A stretch of DNA of 64,000 bases from Polyangiaceae bacterium (GCA_027009115.1 JALVDI010000386.1:6700-70699); one strand, 5' to 3'; numbered from the stretch's first letter, positions 26,335 to 33,644 are shown. Notes: generated by a model from the letters alone, not told the origin. A program made the numbers and translations.

Positions 26335-26846
26335 TGCGCCATCACCTCCAGGTAGCCCCGCTTGACCCCGTACGCCAGCGCCGGCTCGTGCGGCGCGACG
26401 AGCACGTCCACGGTGCGCCGCCACCGCGGCGCCATGGTGTCCCACACCACCGCCTCGACGACGGTGCCGTCCTCCATGACGACCTTCACCCGCGCGCCGC
26501 AGCCGAGCTGCCGGAACAGGTCGCGCGATACCGCCACCTGGGTCCAGGGACTCCGCGTCGGCCCGCACGCGGAGTATTCCGGGTCGTGGTCCGTCTGCGA
26601 GGGGACCGCCTGGTAAAAGCTAATGCGCCGGACCTCGATCCGGCGCGTCGGGTCGTCCACGTCGGGGGGCGTGGCGGGTGGCTCCGGGACGGGAACCAGG
26701 GTGATGACGGTCGTGCTGTCGCCCGCCGCCTTGGTCCTGTCCGGGACCATCGCGAGCAGGGCCGATAGGAACGAGAGAATGGACACGGCCAGCACGACCA
26801 GAACCAGGAGGGCCAGAAGTCGGAGGGTGTACAGTAGGTTGTCCAT
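26331..26846 (-). CDS. Membrane-anchored 3D-domain (RlpA/MltA-like double-psi beta-barrel) protein, putative cell-wall hydrolase
   Basis: N-terminal TM helix (LLYTLRLLALLVLVVLAVSILSFLSALLAM). The C-terminus FYQAVPSQTDHDPEYSACG...QVAVSRDLF..GARVKVVMEDGTVVEAVVWDTM...VDVLV fits the 3D-domain pattern (TAY...QTD...G...VAVD...G..V.....G...V.D.G...IDV). Confidence 0.6.
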   Translation of the reverse strand: MDNLLYTLRLLALLVLVVLAVSILSFLSALLAMVPDRTKAAGDSTTVITLVPVPEPPATPPDVDDPTRRIEVRRISFYQAVPSQTDHDPEYSACGPTRSPWTQVAVSRDLFRQLGCGARVKVVMEDGTVVEAVVWDTMAPRWRRTVDVLVAPHEPALAYGVKRGYLEVMAQ

Positions 26847-26851
26847 GATTC

Positions 26852-26894
26852 TAGACTAACGAGCAAGCATTCAAGCTGTCAAGGTTGTCTGTCC
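26852..26894 (-). promoter_or_regulatory. Candidate promoter of the 3D-domain/portal operon
   Basis: The minus strand reads GGACAGACAA-CCTTGACAGCTT, then 17 nt, TTAGTC, 7 nt and ATG 26846. The -35 context is identical to that at 22253-22263. The -10 is weak. Confidence 0.35.
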
Positions 26895-27067
26895 GCTTCC
26901 TCTACCCCTCGCGTTTGGCCACCCACCACCGCCGCAGCTACGCTGGGGGTGTGGCAGGGGCCCTACCCCCCTACGCCGAACCCGTGGCTGGATACCACGT
27001 TGCCGCCTGGCTGACCCCCAGGCCGGATAGGCGCAGGGGCGAACGGGCCCCGCCAACCCTGTAAAGG

Positions 27068-27089
27068 CGGCCCGCCTTGCGGCGGGCCG
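27068..27089. terminator. GC-rich hairpin terminator downstream of gene 27157..27597
   Basis: CGGCCCGCC-ttgc-GGCGGGCCG. On the minus strand it is followed by CCTTTAC. Confidence 0.5.
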
Positions 27090-27101
27090 TTCCGGCTGTG
27101 G

Positions 27102-27136
27102 CCTTACATGGGCTAGGCCTCGGCGTGTAAGGTTTC
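27102..27136. repeat. Conserved hairpin element, copy A (inverted copy B at 39141..39179)
   Basis: ccttacatgggctaggcctcggcgtgtaaggtttc aligns with the reverse complement of 39143-39179 (ccttacacccgcagggcctcggggtgtaaggttcc) at about 28 of 35 positions by my hand alignment. The CCTTACA/TGTAAGG stem and GGCCTCGG loop core are identical. Confidence 0.6.
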
Positions 27137-27156
27137 AGGGGCGATAATCGCCCTTA

Positions 27157-27597
27157 TCAGACCAGGGACACCTCAATCACCGTCCACTCCCCCTCGGCCC
27201 AGGGCCGCTCGGACGCTTCGCGCAACGCCCGCGACTTGGGGCTCTCCCACAGGACCGGCTGCCCTTCGTCGTCAAGCGGGCGGCGGTCCACCACCCAGAT
27301 CGGGGTTCGGCCGTTGCGCAAAAGCGCCAGCGCCACCGAGGACGCGGTCTGCTCCTCGACGGGGCCGATCACCTCGTACCCCTCCCCCTCCTGGCAGCGC
27401 ACCGCGACGTACTGGGCCGGCTCGGCGTCGAAGCCGGGCTCCAGGAGCTCGGAGCAGCCGCTCTCCCAGCGGTACAGGGGGCCGCGGGGGTACTCGAACA
27501 CATGCCTCACCGGCGGGAGCTCGGGGTGAAAGCGAAGGCTCCGGCGCGTGAAAAAGACCCTCCCGCTTATCTTGCGTCTGTCTCGTTTGCCGTCCAC
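27157..27597 (-). CDS. Hypothetical protein (146 aa, GTG start)
   Basis: Best-composed of three overlapping track ORFs. The start codon is GTG (27595-27597), 6 nt after a TAGATT -10 box. Confidence 0.45.
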   Translation of the reverse strand: MDGKRDRRKISGRVFFTRRSLRFHPELPPVRHVFEYPRGPLYRWESGCSELLEPGFDAEPAQYVAVRCQEGEGYEVIGPVEEQTASSVALALLRNGRTPIWVVDRRPLDDEGQPVLWESPKSRALREASERPWAEGEWTVIEVSLV

Positions 27598-27603
27598 GCC
27601 TGC

Positions 27604-27633
27604 AATCTAGCCCAGCGCCTAGGCATCTGTCAA
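27604..27633 (-). promoter_or_regulatory. Leftward promoter of a back-to-back pair
   Basis: The minus strand reads TTGACA (27628-27633), 18 nt, TAGATT (27604-27609). Confidence 0.55.
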
Positions 27634-27639
27634 CCCCCG

Positions 27640-27669
27640 TTGACAAACCGCTGCATCTGTGCGTAGGAT
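27640..27669 (+). promoter_or_regulatory. Rightward promoter of a back-to-back pair (replication operon)
   Basis: TTGACA (27640-27645), 18 nt, TAGGAT (27664-27669), with ATG 27679 only 9 nt after the -10. The two -35 boxes form the palindrome TGTCAA-cccccg-TTGACA. Confidence 0.55.
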
Positions 27670-27678
27670 GGTCTCGCA

Positions 27679-28113
27679 ATGGAGACAAACGTCAAAGCGT
27701 CGGAAAATAGTCGCACTCCAACTGCGGCGATTCGTGTTACCGGGGTCAGACCCGGCCCCGACCTGCAGATGCGCGTCGGCCCACACGCCGGCTTCACCGC
27801 CATCGCACGGCGTGACCTGGGGCGCTACTACGCGCTGCTCGACCACGTGCGCGACGGCATGCGTGGGCGCTTCACCGCCGATGAACTCGACGCGCTCGCG
27901 GACCACCTCACCGCGACGCCCATGTTGGACCTCCCCGAAGCGCTGGCCGTCGTGCCCCACATTCTACTGGAGGCCGCCGAACGCGGCCTGCTCGACGAAG
28001 GCCTAGCCGAGCGGGTGCGGCAACTGACCCACGCGGAGCGCTGGGCGCTCGTGGACGCGGCCGAGGTGGTGTCCTCCGGCACGGCCTCCTGGGCCGATCT
28101 AGGGATGGTCTGA
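27679..28113 (+). CDS. Hypothetical regulator-like protein, paralog of 37522..37983
   Basis: IARRDLGRYYALLDHVRDGMRGRFTADELDALADHL and RVRQLTHAERWALVDAAE align with IARRDLARYYSMLERAMRGLRDRFSVAELEALAYAL and RVRELSLAERYALVDAIG in the other protein. Confidence 0.65.
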   Translation: METNVKASENSRTPTAAIRVTGVRPGPDLQMRVGPHAGFTAIARRDLGRYYALLDHVRDGMRGRFTADELDALADHLTATPMLDLPEALAVVPHILLEAAERGLLDEGLAERVRQLTHAERWALVDAAEVVSSGTASWADLGMV

Positions 28114-28115
28114 TC

Positions 28116-29123
28116 ATGGGCAGCCTCCACGACGGCCGAATCAAAAACTTCTGGTGGGGACCCAACGCCCTGGTAGACGACGGGCATCTCGAGCGCATGG
28201 GTCCCCACGCCGTTTCGGTGTACGTGGCGCTGCTGCGCTACTCGGACAACGACCGCCGCTCGTGGCCCAAGGTCGAAACCCTGGAGCGCCTGACCGGCAT
28301 CTCTCGCGCCCAGGTCTACCGCGCGCTCGCGCGCCTCGAAGAGCTGGGCTACGTATCCCGCGAGCGTGACGGCCGGCGCAACGTCTACCATCTGCTGCAG
28401 CTCCCCACGGCATCCCCCGCCGACCCGCCCGTGAAACAGGTCTCAGGCAGAGACGTTTCCAGCGAAAAGGTCTCAGAGGGAGACCCTTCGGGGGAAAGGG
28501 TCTCAGACAGAGACAAAAAGGGTCTCAGACAGAGACGTGTAAGGTCTCAGACAGAGACGTATGGTGACACCGAGAGCGCGCGTCCTGGACGGGAAAAACT
28601 CCCCCAAAATGCAGGCCGAAGAAAACAAATAGAAAAAGACCTAGGGAAGAAAACAACACAAGAAGAAGAAGAAGAAGAAGCGGCCGCTCACGAAAATCTC
28701 AGAAAGGAACCGCCCCCCTACGCCTCGGTGTTCGCCACCCCGGCCGCGATGAAGGACGCGGTGTTGCATGCGGCGCTGCGCGGTGCCCCCGAGCGCCGCA
28801 TCCGTATGCTGGCGGACCTCGTCGAGGCTGGGGTGTGGGAAAAGTTGCGCGCGCTCGCGCGCGAAAACCGCCGCGGCGCGCGCGCGTGGCACGACTGGCT
28901 CGATCAGCTGTCGCGGCAGCTCGAGGGCCGGCCGGACGGCCTCGAGCGGCTGCGCCAGGCTCTCGAGGCGCTTACCCCGGACATCGAACGCCCCTTTGCG
29001 TGGGTGACGCGGTTCCTGAGCACCGAGGCCCCGACGCCGGCGCCTAAGCGGGCGCCGGCGCGGAACGCAGGCGTAGGCGACGGCGTGGAAGTGGACATGC
29101 GCGGTGTGTACATGGAGGACTGA
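28116..29123 (+). CDS. Replication initiator with N-terminal winged-HTH (lambda O-like organisation)
   Basis: wHTH segment: SWPKVETLERLTGISRAQVYRALARLEELGYVSRERDGRRNVY. The gene contains the iteron array and A/T-rich tract and is followed by a DnaC-like loader. Confidence 0.7.
   Translation: MGSLHDGRIKNFWWGPNALVDDGHLERMGPHAVSVYVALLRYSDNDRRSWPKVETLERLTGISRAQVYRALARLEELGYVSRERDGRRNVYHLLQLPTASPADPPVKQVSGRDVSSEKVSEGDPSGERVSDRDKKGLRQRRVRSQTETYGDTESARPGREKLPQNAGRRKQIEKDLGKKTTQEEEEEEAAAHENLRKEPPPYASVFATPAAMKDAVLHAALRGAPERRIRMLADLVEAGVWEKLRALARENRRGARAWHDWLDQLSRQLEGRPDGLERLRQALEALTPDIERPFAWVTRFLSTEAPTPAPKRAPARNAGVGDGVEVDMRGVYMED
28439..28558 (+). repeat. Five iterons GGTCTCAGACAGAGAC (putative replication origin)
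   Basis: Copies lie at 28439-28454 (GGTCTCAGGCAGAGAC), 28469-28484 (GGTCTCAGAGGGAGAC), 28499-28514, 28521-28536 and 28543-28558 (the last three exact). Spacing is 30, 30, 22 and 22 bp. Each unit is itself a dyad, GTCTC-N5-GAGAC. Confidence 0.8.
28593..28680 (+). other. A/T- and purine-rich tract next to the iterons (candidate DNA-unwinding element), ending in a (GAA)7 run
   Basis: gggaaaaactcccccaaaatgcaggccgaagaaaacaaatagaaaaagacctagggaagaaaacaacacaagaagaagaagaagaagaag is conspicuously AT-rich in a GC-rich genome. It is still in frame within the initiator gene. Confidence 0.6.
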
Positions 29124-29124
29124 C

Positions 29125-29916
29125 ATGGGCGACGCCCCGGAGAAGGATCAGGAGAACCCCTTTCTGGCGCTGGTCGAGGAAATCCGCTCGAAGAACCCGC
29201 CGGCGGCGCGGGTCGAGTCCGACCACGAGTGCTTCGACGGGATGGTCGAGGACGACAAGGGCCGCTGGGTGCCGTGCCCGGTGTGCAAGGCGCGGCGCGA
29301 CGAAGCCATGCTGCGCATGCGCCTCCAGTCGTCGGGGATCGCGGAGCGCTACCTCGACGTGGGCTGGGACGACCTCGAGATGCTGCCGCCCTTCCCGCTG
29401 GTGCGAAGCGTGGCCGAGCGCATCGGCGACCTGATCCACGCCGGCGAGTCCGCGGTGTTTACGGGGCCGGTGGGGACGGGCAAGACCCAGGCCGGGCTGC
29501 TCCTGGTGCGGGCTGCGGTGCGCGCCGGGTTCGAGGCGCGGGTCGTCAACGTCGGCTGGCTGGGGGTTGAGGTGCGCTCCACCTGGAACGGCGGTGAGGG
29601 CATCACGGAAAACGAGGCCGTGCGCCTCATGGCTCAGCCCGACCTGCTGCTGCTCGACGACGTGGGGGCCGGCGAAACCCGCAACGCCGAGCTCGAGCGC
29701 CGCCTCCTCTACCTCGCCCTCGAGGCGCGGAACCAGAACCGGCGCCCGACGATCATCACGACCAACCTCGGGGTTGGGTCAAAATCGGCCTCGCGCGCCA
29801 CATTGGAGCAGTACCTTGGAGGGCGGATATGGGACCGCCTCAAGCCGCTCCGGGTGGTGGCCTTCAAGCACGGGAAAAACTTCAGGGAGCGGGAGATTAG
29901 CGTATGGGCAAACTGA
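29125..29916 (+). CDS. DnaC/IstB-like AAA+ helicase loader
   Basis: Trimmed to MGDAPEK (ATG 29125) behind GGAGGA. Walker A is FTGPVGTGKTQAG, Walker B is LLLLDDVGAGE, followed by RRPTIITTNL. The N-terminal Cys cluster is CFDG...CPVCKARR. Confidence 0.8.
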   Translation: MGDAPEKDQENPFLALVEEIRSKNPPAARVESDHECFDGMVEDDKGRWVPCPVCKARRDEAMLRMRLQSSGIAERYLDVGWDDLEMLPPFPLVRSVAERIGDLIHAGESAVFTGPVGTGKTQAGLLLVRAAVRAGFEARVVNVGWLGVEVRSTWNGGEGITENEAVRLMAQPDLLLLDDVGAGETRNAELERRLLYLALEARNQNRRPTIITTNLGVGSKSASRATLEQYLGGRIWDRLKPLRVVAFKHGKNFREREISVWAN

Positions 29917-31334
29917 GCTATGACGACCTGGTCGATCCGGCCCGCTGGGACGTGGTGGGCTACGAGATCGGCTTGGATGACCTGGGCGAGTTTGAACCCG
30001 ACGACATCGTGCGCAGCCGTCGCGCTCAGCTGCTGATGCGTCAGGAACGTTATGAAGAAGCGCTCCTCGAGCTCGACCGCGTAGAGGGACCTCCGGGATC
30101 GGGGTTGCGCCGGCTGGCGCGGCTGGGCCTTGGGCTCTACGAGCGGGTGCTGCAATCCGAACCCACGCCCGCGGAAACCCTGAACCCCATCGAGCTCGAG
30201 GAGCAGTTCTACTTCGCCTTTGCCCGGGCGGGTGCGGCCAGCCAGCTCGGCAAGCTGGACCTGGCGCTGCAGCACAACGCCGTGGCGGAGTTCATCGCCC
30301 GCACCCTGCGCATGGAGCGCCGTCTCCACGTCGTTCATGCGGACATCCTGCGCATTCGCAACCTGATGGGCGACCCCCAGCCCGAGGAAATGGCCGGACT
30401 CTACGCGATCATGGGGCGCTGGAACCGGCGCCTGAGCCTGTGGGGGCGGCGCACCCTCGTGGAGATGCACCTGGCGCGCGGGGACTACACCAGGGCGCAC
30501 CGTGACGCTCGGGGCGATTCGGCCCTCGAGGCGTTCACCGGCATGCTGGCCTGCGACGGAACCGCGCGCCCCAGCAACGGCGATCACGGGGCCATCGCCA
30601 ACATCGCGCAAAGCGTTCTGGGCGGCCACTACCTGCCCGATGACGTTGCCTCGCAGCCGTACAGCGACTACGCCCGGGTGATCCGCGCCTACGGGCTGCT
30701 GCGCCGGGGGCATCCGACGGCCGCCATGCGCCACCTGGGACCCAAGCCCCCGGGCTTCCCCGACCAGCGCGTCTACTGGGGCGGGGTCGCGCTGCTGGCG
30801 CTGGCGCACGCCGGCAGCAGCGGACTTCCCCCGTTCGACCCCCTGTCCATCGCGGACGTAGTGCACGAGGGCGTGGCGAGGATGATCTCCACCGACGGAG
30901 TGGTGTGCGTGATGCGGCGGTACATGCCCGACGCCCTGGCCGCCCTGGCCGTGCATCCCGAGACCCACCCGCACCTGGCCGGCGGGCTGGCCGAAGTACC
31001 CCTGCTGGTCGGTGGGTGGGTGGAATACCGCGGCGACCGCGTCAAGGTCCCCCCCACCCTTGGCGAGGCTGCGATCTTGCGCGCGCTGGGCGTGTCCAAC
31101 GGCCGCCTGCCTACGGTCCACGCCGCCCAGGAGTCACGCTACCGGTCGTACCTTGGGCGGATGGGGCTGTCCCCGGACGAAGTCGTGAACGTGGGCGTGC
31201 TCTACCGCCTAGCGCGCACCATGGAGGGCATCGCCAACGGCGACAACGTGCGAAGCGCCCGCGCGTGGCGGCGCGTCGCCGAAGAGCTGGCCTCCAAGGC
31301 CCCGGTCTTGCAGTCCTACGACACCGGGCACTAA
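29904..31334 (+). CDS. Hypothetical helical-repeat protein (476 aa)
   Basis: The ATG overlaps the end of the loader gene by 13 nt. Leu/Ala/Arg-rich helical composition. No catalytic motif recognised. Confidence 0.65.
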   Translation: MGKLSYDDLVDPARWDVVGYEIGLDDLGEFEPDDIVRSRRAQLLMRQERYEEALLELDRVEGPPGSGLRRLARLGLGLYERVLQSEPTPAETLNPIELEEQFYFAFARAGAASQLGKLDLALQHNAVAEFIARTLRMERRLHVVHADILRIRNLMGDPQPEEMAGLYAIMGRWNRRLSLWGRRTLVEMHLARGDYTRAHRDARGDSALEAFTGMLACDGTARPSNGDHGAIANIAQSVLGGHYLPDDVASQPYSDYARVIRAYGLLRRGHPTAAMRHLGPKPPGFPDQRVYWGGVALLALAHAGSSGLPPFDPLSIADVVHEGVARMISTDGVVCVMRRYMPDALAALAVHPETHPHLAGGLAEVPLLVGGWVEYRGDRVKVPPTLGEAAILRALGVSNGRLPTVHAAQESRYRSYLGRMGLSPDEVVNVGVLYRLARTMEGIANGDNVRSARAWRRVAEELASKAPVLQSYDTGH

Positions 31335-31343
31335 GGTGCAGGC

Positions 31344-31442
31344 ATGAAAAAGTACAGAAAGTACCTCCCCGCGCTTTTGGTCCTCGGAATCCTGCTTTGG
31401 GCCGCCATCGCCAACGCTGACCCCTGTCCGGGTTGCGTGTAG
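31344..31442 (+). CDS. Possible 32-aa membrane/secreted peptide MKKYRKYLPALLVLGILLWAAIANADPCPGCV
   Basis: My own translation (below the track length cutoff). AAGGTG SD 5 nt upstream. It has a basic N-terminus, a hydrophobic helix, A-x-A and a C-terminal CPGC. Confidence 0.35.
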   Translation: MKKYRKYLPALLVLGILLWAAIANADPCPGCV

Positions 31443-31513
31443 CGCCTCTGGGTGTTAGTCGAGTGTTACCAAAAGCCACCCATTCCCGGTAAGGGGCGCG
31501 GTAAAATCCGAAC

Positions 31514-31705
31514 ATGGCATTGACTATGAAAACACCCACTCAGCAGGAGGCCCGAAACCGGCTCATCAAGGCCACGGAGGGCGACCTGGACAGCGAAATC
31601 GCCGCGTTTTCGATCATCGCCAAAGCCAACGAAATCGGCCAGCTGCTCCAGCAGCTGGCCCCCGAGGCGCGCGAGACCGCGCGCGAGCTTCTAAGAGCCT
31701 TGTAG
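31514..31705 (+). CDS. Hypothetical small protein (63 aa), apparently leaderless
   Basis: TAAAAT (31502-31507) lies 6 nt before ATG 31514 and there is no SD. The 3' end overlaps the convergent RHH gene by 15 nt. Confidence 0.45.
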   Translation: MALTMKTPTQQEARNRLIKATEGDLDSEIAAFSIIAKANEIGQLLQQLAPEARETARELLRAL

Positions 31706-32116
31706 CGTCTTCTGGCCCTTCGGGGCCGCACGCAAGGCCCGATCCAGGGCCGTGAGGATCACGCTGTTCTGCGTGATCTTTTCTTTGCGGGACTGGTTCA
31801 GCCGCTCCACCGTGTCGTGGAGGACCCGGACCAGCTCCACGGGCAGCCGTTGGCTGCGCACCGGGTCGTACGGACGCGGGTTACGCCAGTACCGGGGCAG
31901 CGCGTCCGGGCGGCGCCGCGCCTCCCGCAGGAAGGCGGCGAGCGCGCGCTCAACGTAGCCCTGGATCGTGAGCCCTTCGGCCATGGCCGCGATCTTCAGC
32001 TCCTGGTACATGTCGTCCGGCATTTTGTAGGACACGATCCGCCGCAACTGCTGTTTCGGGCCGACCGGCTTCGCGCTGTGCTCCATCAGCCCCTCGTACT
32101 GGTGTTTGTTGGGCAT
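31691..32116 (-). CDS. Tandem ribbon-helix-helix protein, ParG-like centromere-binding candidate
   Basis: AGGAGGAG SD. There are two RHH-like segments: RIVSYKMPDDMYQELKIAAMAEGLTIQGYVERALAAFL and QRLPVELVRVLHDTVERLNQSRKEKITQNSVILTALDRAL. It lies immediately downstream of parA. Confidence 0.55.
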   Translation of the reverse strand: MPNKHQYEGLMEHSAKPVGPKQQLRRIVSYKMPDDMYQELKIAAMAEGLTIQGYVERALAAFLREARRRPDALPRYWRNPRPYDPVRSQRLPVELVRVLHDTVERLNQSRKEKITQNSVILTALDRALRAAPKGQKTLQGS

Positions 32117-32127
32117 GGCTCCTCCTG

Positions 32128-32925
32128 TTAGCGGCTGGGCACCAGCTCGGCCCGTTCCGCGACCCAGTCCCCCAGCGCCATGTAGTCAATCGCGCCCGGG
32201 GACCGGGGCTTGTACTCGAAGATGGTCAGCCCGCGCTCCGGCGCTTCGGCGAGGTGGACGTTGCGCCGGATGTGACCGGCGTAGGTGGGCCCGTAGGCCT
32301 CCTGCAGGTCGGGCACGAGGTTGCGGGACAGACGTTCGCGTCGGTCGATCATCGTGGCCAGCACGCCCATCAGCGCCGGCGCGTAACCGAGGCGGTCGCG
32401 CATGGCGCGCAGGCGCGTTCGCAGCCCCTCCACCCCGGCCCGGGTGGCCGCACCGGGGGCCACGGGCACGATGACGGCGTCGGCCGCGTAGAGGGCGAGC
32501 AGGCTGGCCAGGTTGACGGTGGGGCCCACGTCTATGATCACGAGCTGGTAGCGGTCGCTGACCTCCTTAAGCCGCTCGGCCAGGATCATGTGCCGGTCTT
32601 CGCGGCCGGCGATCTCGAGCTCGGCTTGGGCGATGCGGGGGTTGTTGGGGATGAGGTCGAGCCCGTCGCGCACGTTCAGGGTGATGAGCTCGTCGGCGGG
32701 GCGGTAGGTCGGGTCGAGCGGGTCCGAAAACACCAGCATCTCGTACATCCCCGCGCGGTCCTCCCCCTCCGTGGTGAACCCCAGGAACATGCCCGCCTGC
32801 CCCTGCGAGTCCATGTCCACGAGCAGCACCTTGCCTACGCGGTCGGCCAGGTAGGCCGCAAGGTTGACCGCGGTGGTGGTCTTCCCCACCCCGCCCTTTT
32901 CAGCAGCGATAGCCAGGACCATCAT
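32128..32925 (-). CDS. parA: ParA/Soj-family partition ATPase
   Basis: Deviant Walker A VLAIAAEKGGVGKTTTAVNLAAYLA, plus VLLVDMDSQG and YQLVIIDVGP. 265 aa. Confidence 0.9.
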   Translation of the reverse strand: MMVLAIAAEKGGVGKTTTAVNLAAYLADRVGKVLLVDMDSQGQAGMFLGFTTEGEDRAGMYEMLVFSDPLDPTYRPADELITLNVRDGLDLIPNNPRIAQAELEIAGREDRHMILAERLKEVSDRYQLVIIDVGPTVNLASLLALYAADAVIVPVAPGAATRAGVEGLRTRLRAMRDRLGYAPALMGVLATMIDRRERLSRNLVPDLQEAYGPTYAGHIRRNVHLAEAPERGLTIFEYKPRSPGAIDYMALGDWVAERAELVPSR

Positions 32926-33563
32926 GACACCCGCTTAGGCCGCACCCACGTCACCACACCAATCACCTTGTCGCTCGGCTTGGGCGGCGGGGCCTCTTCG
33001 TCGTCGTACACGTAGCCGCCCTTGGTGGCCCACACGGCCTCGAGGCCGCTACCCAGCCGCTCGAGCACCACGAGGTCGCCCTCTTCGATCCGCTCGGTCG
33101 CCCGCACCCCCACCGGCTCGTTGAGCGGCAGACAGGCGATCCTGCCCGACGTGGGAACGAAGAGCAGGTCGCAGGGCAGCGCCGGCTCCTCGCGCCGCGC
33201 GGCGGGGCCCTGGGCGGACTCCCCCTCGAGGTAGACGGGCACCGTCACGGCGACCTTGGCCGCCGGTTCGCCGTTGGCGGGCGCCACCACGGCGAGCCCG
33301 GTCTCCTCCACGAACCCCTGGTAGTCCCCGTCCCACAGGAGGGCGACCAGGGTACGCAGCCGGGCCGGCGAGAGGGTGCGCACGGCTACGTCGGGCTGCG
33401 TGATCAGCGTATGCAGCGTCGGGCGCGACACGCGCTCGTAGATACCGGGTTCGCGCTCGGCCAGGTCCTGGCTAAGCGCGTCCACGTCCCGCAGGCTCAG
33501 CTTGCGGGCCTTCATCCGCTGGTGTATCGCGTCCGAAAGAGACTTGGTTTTGACTGCTCCCAC
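32922..33563 (-). CDS. cI-like repressor candidate (N-terminal HTH, C-terminal beta-rich domain)
   Basis: GTG start at 33563. The N-terminus SLSDAIHQRMKARKLSLRDVDALSQ is XRE-type HTH-like. The gene is divergent from a cro-like gene and has an ATGA overlap with parA. The C-terminus (EEGDLVVLERL...VIGVVTWVRPK) is reminiscent of an S24/LexA-like fold, but I could not locate a Ser/Lys dyad. Confidence 0.55.
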   Translation of the reverse strand: MGAVKTKSLSDAIHQRMKARKLSLRDVDALSQDLAEREPGIYERVSRPTLHTLITQPDVAVRTLSPARLRTLVALLWDGDYQGFVEETGLAVVAPANGEPAAKVAVTVPVYLEGESAQGPAARREEPALPCDLLFVPTSGRIACLPLNEPVGVRATERIEEGDLVVLERLGSGLEAVWATKGGYVYDDEEAPPPKPSDKVIGVVTWVRPKRVS

Positions 33564-33613
33564 CTAACTCCACCCCCGTAAATGCGTGTGCCTCTTCCCT
33601 CCGTATAGTGCTT

Positions 33614-33642
33614 ATTGTAGTCCAGAATATTGGATAACGCAA
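33614..33642 (-). promoter_or_regulatory. Promoter of the cI-like/parA/RHH operon
   Basis: The minus strand reads TTGCGT (33637-33642), 17 nt, TACAAT (33614-33619). Confidence 0.55.
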
Positions 33643-33644
33643 AT

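Noticed and set aside
26895-27067. About 170 bp of noncoding sequence between the terminator and the portal-operon promoter, considered as a possible ncRNA.
   Set aside because: I could find no convincing promoter, conserved structure or similarity to a known RNA family. I left it unannotated.
28439-28558. The direct-repeat array could be mistaken for a small CRISPR array.
   Set aside because: The repeats are only 16 bp with 6-14 bp gaps. They lie in frame inside a coding gene, sit next to an A/T-rich tract and replication genes, and no cas genes are present. Iterons are the better explanation.
32922-33563. Calling the cI-like protein a LexA/S24 self-cleaving repressor.
   Set aside because: The C-terminal region has only a general resemblance. 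I could not identify the Ala-Gly cleavage site or a Ser/Lys dyad, so only a generic repressor-like call is made.
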